The notes below the pieces were generated by a model. It made no database searches. It worked only from the letters and a program-made list of their open reading frames with translations, and was not told the DNA's origin. DNA of 64,000 bases from Candidatus Latescibacterota bacterium (lineage in GTDB: Bacteria > Latescibacterota > UBA2968 > GCA-2709665). The DNA is taken from the NCBI GenBank assembly GCA_965226795.1, contig CBDDDZ010000003.1, forward strand, positions 192,001-256,000, given 5' to 3'. Position 1 is the stretch's first letter. Each line of letters begins with the position of its first letter. The position numbers and the translations under genes are program-made. This document shows positions 60,747 to 64,000 of this stretch, piece by piece.

Positions 60747-61841
60747 TCACAGTCCAGGGGTGTAGATCAAGACTTCGTCCGTCGATTCCAGGTCTTTTAG
60801 GCCGCCGGAAATCATGATCCGGCCTTCGTTCAGGGGCGTAACGGTATAAAACGATCGGCTCTGACCGATGCCGTGTCCTGTACCTGTGGCAGTACCTGTG
60901 GTTGGATCATAAATCGCCACGTCTCCCCCACTCAAGAGAAACACTTTGTCCGTCGGCAACAGGAAGGCGGTGTGGATAGATGGGAATCCTGTATCGCCTG
61001 CCGGCACAAACGCACCTGTTGCGGGGTCATACAATTCGGCCGACTGTACATACTGTACGTTCTCTGGTGTGATATCGCCCTTTTTCCCGCCAATGATTAA
61101 CACCCTTCCGTCCTGGAGACGCATTGCTTCGTGTCCCCACCGTTCGTCGTTCAATTCGCCGGCTTCCGTAAATGCATTGGACGACGGGTCGTAGATTTCA
61201 GTTCCTTTGACCAGTCCGGCGGCATTGAATCCTCCGGCGATGAGAACGCGGCCATCGCGCAGAAGGGTGGCCGTATGGGACGATCGGGGAGTGATCATCC
61301 TTTTTGCAGGCGTGAATTTCCAGGTATCCGGATCCAGAATACCCGCGTTGCCGTGTGCATCGGTGGTGAACATATCTCCTGTCGAGAGTATCGTGGTCGC
61401 CGCAGCCCTACGCAATTCGGGCACGTCTGCAAGGACTGCGAATCGCCCGGCATGGGGGTCATAAATCTCTGCGGGATAAAGAGGGCAGCCTTTTATGAGA
61501 ACTCGGCCGTCCTGCAGCAGGATTGCTTTGTGCTGTGTGCGGGCTTGCGACATGTTTCCCGTTGCTGACGAGGTCCCATTTGCCGGATTGAATATTTCCG
61601 CCGTGTCGTGGCTGAACTCTGGAGACGAATGGCCGGGTCTGTCGGTTTCAAATCCGCCGGTGATGAGTACCCGACCGTCCTTCAGTTGCGTCGACGTATG
61701 GAGAAACCGAGTCTGCGTCATGGTTCCGGAAAATTCAAAACCGTTCAGGTCGGTGGGTGGTTCCGAGGGTGTGGGCGGAATACCGCCGCAGGCCCAGAAG
61801 CTTATGGCAAGAAACAGCATAGTCACAGATTTGGCTGGCAT
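60747..61841 (-). CDS. Kelch-repeat lipoprotein, paralog 3
   Basis: Lipobox FWAC; HTATLLRDGRVLIAGG...EIYDP repeats. Confidence 0.85.
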   Translation of the reverse strand: MPAKSVTMLFLAISFWACGGIPPTPSEPPTDLNGFEFSGTMTQTRFLHTSTQLKDGRVLITGGFETDRPGHSSPEFSHDTAEIFNPANGTSSATGNMSQARTQHKAILLQDGRVLIKGCPLYPAEIYDPHAGRFAVLADVPELRRAAATTILSTGDMFTTDAHGNAGILDPDTWKFTPAKRMITPRSSHTATLLRDGRVLIAGGFNAAGLVKGTEIYDPSSNAFTEAGELNDERWGHEAMRLQDGRVLIIGGKKGDITPENVQYVQSAELYDPATGAFVPAGDTGFPSIHTAFLLPTDKVFLLSGGDVAIYDPTTGTATGTGHGIGQSRSFYTVTPLNEGRIMISGGLKDLESTDEVLIYTPGL

Positions 61842-61930
61842 GTTATATCCTCCGGCTTATTCCGATACGTGTAATCTATCGATCTTCTTTCAACAACCGC
61901 TTGTGGCGCTTCCCCCTGGTGCCTCCCTGT

Positions 61931-64000
61931 TCACTCGATCACGCGGAACAACGCGTGGCGTGAAACAACCTGATCGTTATGCACGTCCCTAACCCGCACC
62001 GACAGGCGGTGCACGCCGGCAGGCACGTGGCTCAGGTCAATCTGCAGATACGTGAAATCATCCTCGCGATCCCCCTCATACCGCGCAGTGATTGTCGTCT
62101 CCACCCCGTCTTTGTTCTTGCCCATCTTCTTGATCCGGCTGGCGATTTCATCCTCATTCGGAAACACATACCTCACCCGGTACGTAACCACCTCTTCTCG
62201 TCCACGTTCGAAAAGGTCTGGGCTCACGTCTCGGCTGGTATTGAGGACTCCCGTCGAATCCTCATCATCATCTGCCGGCAGCCGTGCTCGCCGGCCCATT
62301 TCCCGGGCTCGTCTCTCTTGCTTGCGAGTCACCTCCAATTGCTTACCCCCTTCCGGCAACCGTTGCGCCACGAACAGGTACGGATCGATCTTCTTCTGCT
62401 CCGGCCGGCCGATCCGATACGCGATGTCGTACTCCGTCCGTCCGAATTCGTCCCGCCCCAGATTGTACACCTCCAGGTAGATGAACGCGGGTTCGGACCG
62501 ATGGTAGGTCCGCAGCGGATTTGCCACAATGTCCATGTCCGACCGTCCCTCCGGAAACGGCGTCCGGGTCTCAATCCGTGCGGCCAGTAACAGATCGCTC
62601 ATCCACAACGTAGAATCCACCCCCTCGAATTCGCGGTGCTGCCGGAACGTCCCGATCGATCCCCGGTTCCGGTCCCGCACTTCGCCCACCAGATGGTAGG
62701 CGCCGGGGGAAAGCCCGAACGCGAGCTGAAACACCAGATGACTATTCCGCAGGCTGTCGACAACAGGATACCCGCTGGGCGTTATCTCGGGCCACCTCAG
62801 TTTGAGATCCGACCGCTTCCGATACACTTCGTCCCAGTGCTCGTCAAATAGAAAAACGCCGTTCTCCAGAGCAATGCCCCTGTCTGAATCCGATACGGTC
62901 ACATTGTATTTGGGCAGCGCATATGCCAGTTCCACGCGGAGGCTGTCCCCGTCCTTGAAGCTTACTAACTGATAGGGAATTCTGTATTTGCTGCGCCGGT
63001 ATGGGTCGGCATAGTGAGATGGTGTATGGTCGAACACATATTGACCCGTTATGCGAGTCGTATCGAAACGCCAGGCGTCAAATCCGTCCCAATTGCGAAA
63101 TGTTATTGAAAATCCGTCATAGAACCACGTCTCCAGGTGTGCGTCACCGGGTCTCTCAGATATTCTACGCAGGTATTTTCCGAACTTGATATAAGCCTTG
63201 CCCATAGCCGTCTGCCAGCCGGGAATGCCCTTCAAGCGTCTGCTAAAGCGTAGACTTGCATAAGCCACCCGGCCATAGTGTTCCAGTCTTCTTTCGTTAA
63301 ACTCAGTCAAATACAGCGGATCCCGCTTTTTCCAGAACCGGGAGAGTTCCGGGCTGTCCTTCCACGAAAGTTGCGCGTCTTTTAACTGAACCCGACCCAT
63401 TGTGGGTAGAATGCGTTTTTCTTCCTTTGTGGCGACCAGATCGACAGACTCCATCAGCGCGCTCTCTTCGGGGCTCATCTGGCGAATCGCTTGATCGTAA
63501 AAACGAAAGGCGGTTTCCTGTTTACCAAGGGTTTGATATCCAAAGCCACTAAACAGAAGCGCGTCCTTATCGTCCGGCATCTCCTCCAATAGGTTTCGTG
63601 ATACGCGAATCAAACCCTCCGGGTTACCGCTTTCAAATTGAATCAGCCCCAGATGGTAATAGGCGTCTCTAAATTTTTCATCGATCTTGATACTATGTTC
63701 GAGGTGGTCTATCGCCTTCGTGCGATCTTTTTCGCCAAATTGCATCCAATTAAACGGGTGGCTTGTCTTTGGTTCTCCGGAAAAAATGCGTTCCACGTTA
63801 TCCACATATTGCATGTCGATATATTTCTCAAAGTCTCTAAGGGCATAATATCCCACCATGAATGCTGATTCAGCATTTTCGGGATGGGCATTTGAAATTT
63901 CTTCATATTTCTTTGCCGAATTATACCAGAATCCTTGTTTTCCCAGCAACTCAGCAAGTTTCATTTGATATGTGACGTTTGTGGAATCAAGACGTATCGC
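61931..64000 (-). CDS. TPR-repeat GWxTD-domain protein (N-terminus beyond window end)
   Basis: TPRs; FWKKRDPLYLTEFNERRLEHYGRVAYA..RF......GWQTAMGKAYIKFG, ETWFY; C-terminal MSDLLLA...YLEVYNL..DEFG.T.Y. Confidence 0.85.
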   Translation of the reverse strand, partial: AIRLDSTNVTYQMKLAELLGKQGFWYNSAKKYEEISNAHPENAESAFMVGYYALRDFEKYIDMQYVDNVERIFSGEPKTSHPFNWMQFGEKDRTKAIDHLEHSIKIDEKFRDAYYHLGLIQFESGNPEGLIRVSRNLLEEMPDDKDALLFSGFGYQTLGKQETAFRFYDQAIRQMSPEESALMESVDLVATKEEKRILPTMGRVQLKDAQLSWKDSPELSRFWKKRDPLYLTEFNERRLEHYGRVAYASLRFSRRLKGIPGWQTAMGKAYIKFGKYLRRISERPGDAHLETWFYDGFSITFRNWDGFDAWRFDTTRITGQYVFDHTPSHYADPYRRSKYRIPYQLVSFKDGDSLRVELAYALPKYNVTVSDSDRGIALENGVFLFDEHWDEVYRKRSDLKLRWPEITPSGYPVVDSLRNSHLVFQLAFGLSPGAYHLVGEVRDRNRGSIGTFRQHREFEGVDSTLWMSDLLLAARIETRTPFPEGRSDMDIVANPLRTYHRSEPAFIYLEVYNLGRDEFGRTEYDIAYRIGRPEQKKIDPYLFVAQRLPEGGKQLEVTRKQERRAREMGRRARLPADDDEDSTGVLNTSRDVSPDLFERGREEVVTYRVRYVFPNEDEIASRIKKMGKNKDGVETTITARYEGDREDDFTYLQIDLSHVPAGVHRLSVRVRDVHNDQVVSRHALFRVIE

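Overview
64 kb of GC-rich bacterial chromosome. The gene content (GWxTD/TPR proteins, heparinase II/III-like lyases, DUF5069, many Gfo/SDR enzymes) suggests an FCB-related lineage such as Latescibacterota or Gemmatimonadota; this placement is inference only. In order: (1) the end of the atp operon (atpA partial, G, D, C) and a nitroreductase; (2) an AT-richer type III restriction-modification island with a class II Fic gene and a degenerate HepT/DUF86 gene between mod and res, with res split by a 1-nt frameshift; (3) a frameshifted YIP1 gene; (4) two large heparinase II/III-like proteins flanking a run of C-N/C-O hydrolases and a sugar aminotransferase; (5) a triple-DUF5069 protein, orphan antitoxins and cutC; (6) a PspA-type envelope module (lipoprotein, DUF350, membrane spermidine synthase, DUF4178, PspA, CesT-like protein) split into two convergent operons and headed by a pseudo-receiver; (7) recJ and oxidoreductases; (8) three paralogous Kelch lipoproteins interleaved with two GWxTD/TPR proteins, one carrying an apparent pilin-like domain. 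Intergenic DNA holds several families of non-autonomous repeats (REP-like palindromes, MITEs with terminal inverted repeats, a ~250 bp hairpin element). I saw no rRNA, tRNA, CRISPR array, integrase or transposase. All family calls come from motif recognition by eye, not from database searches.
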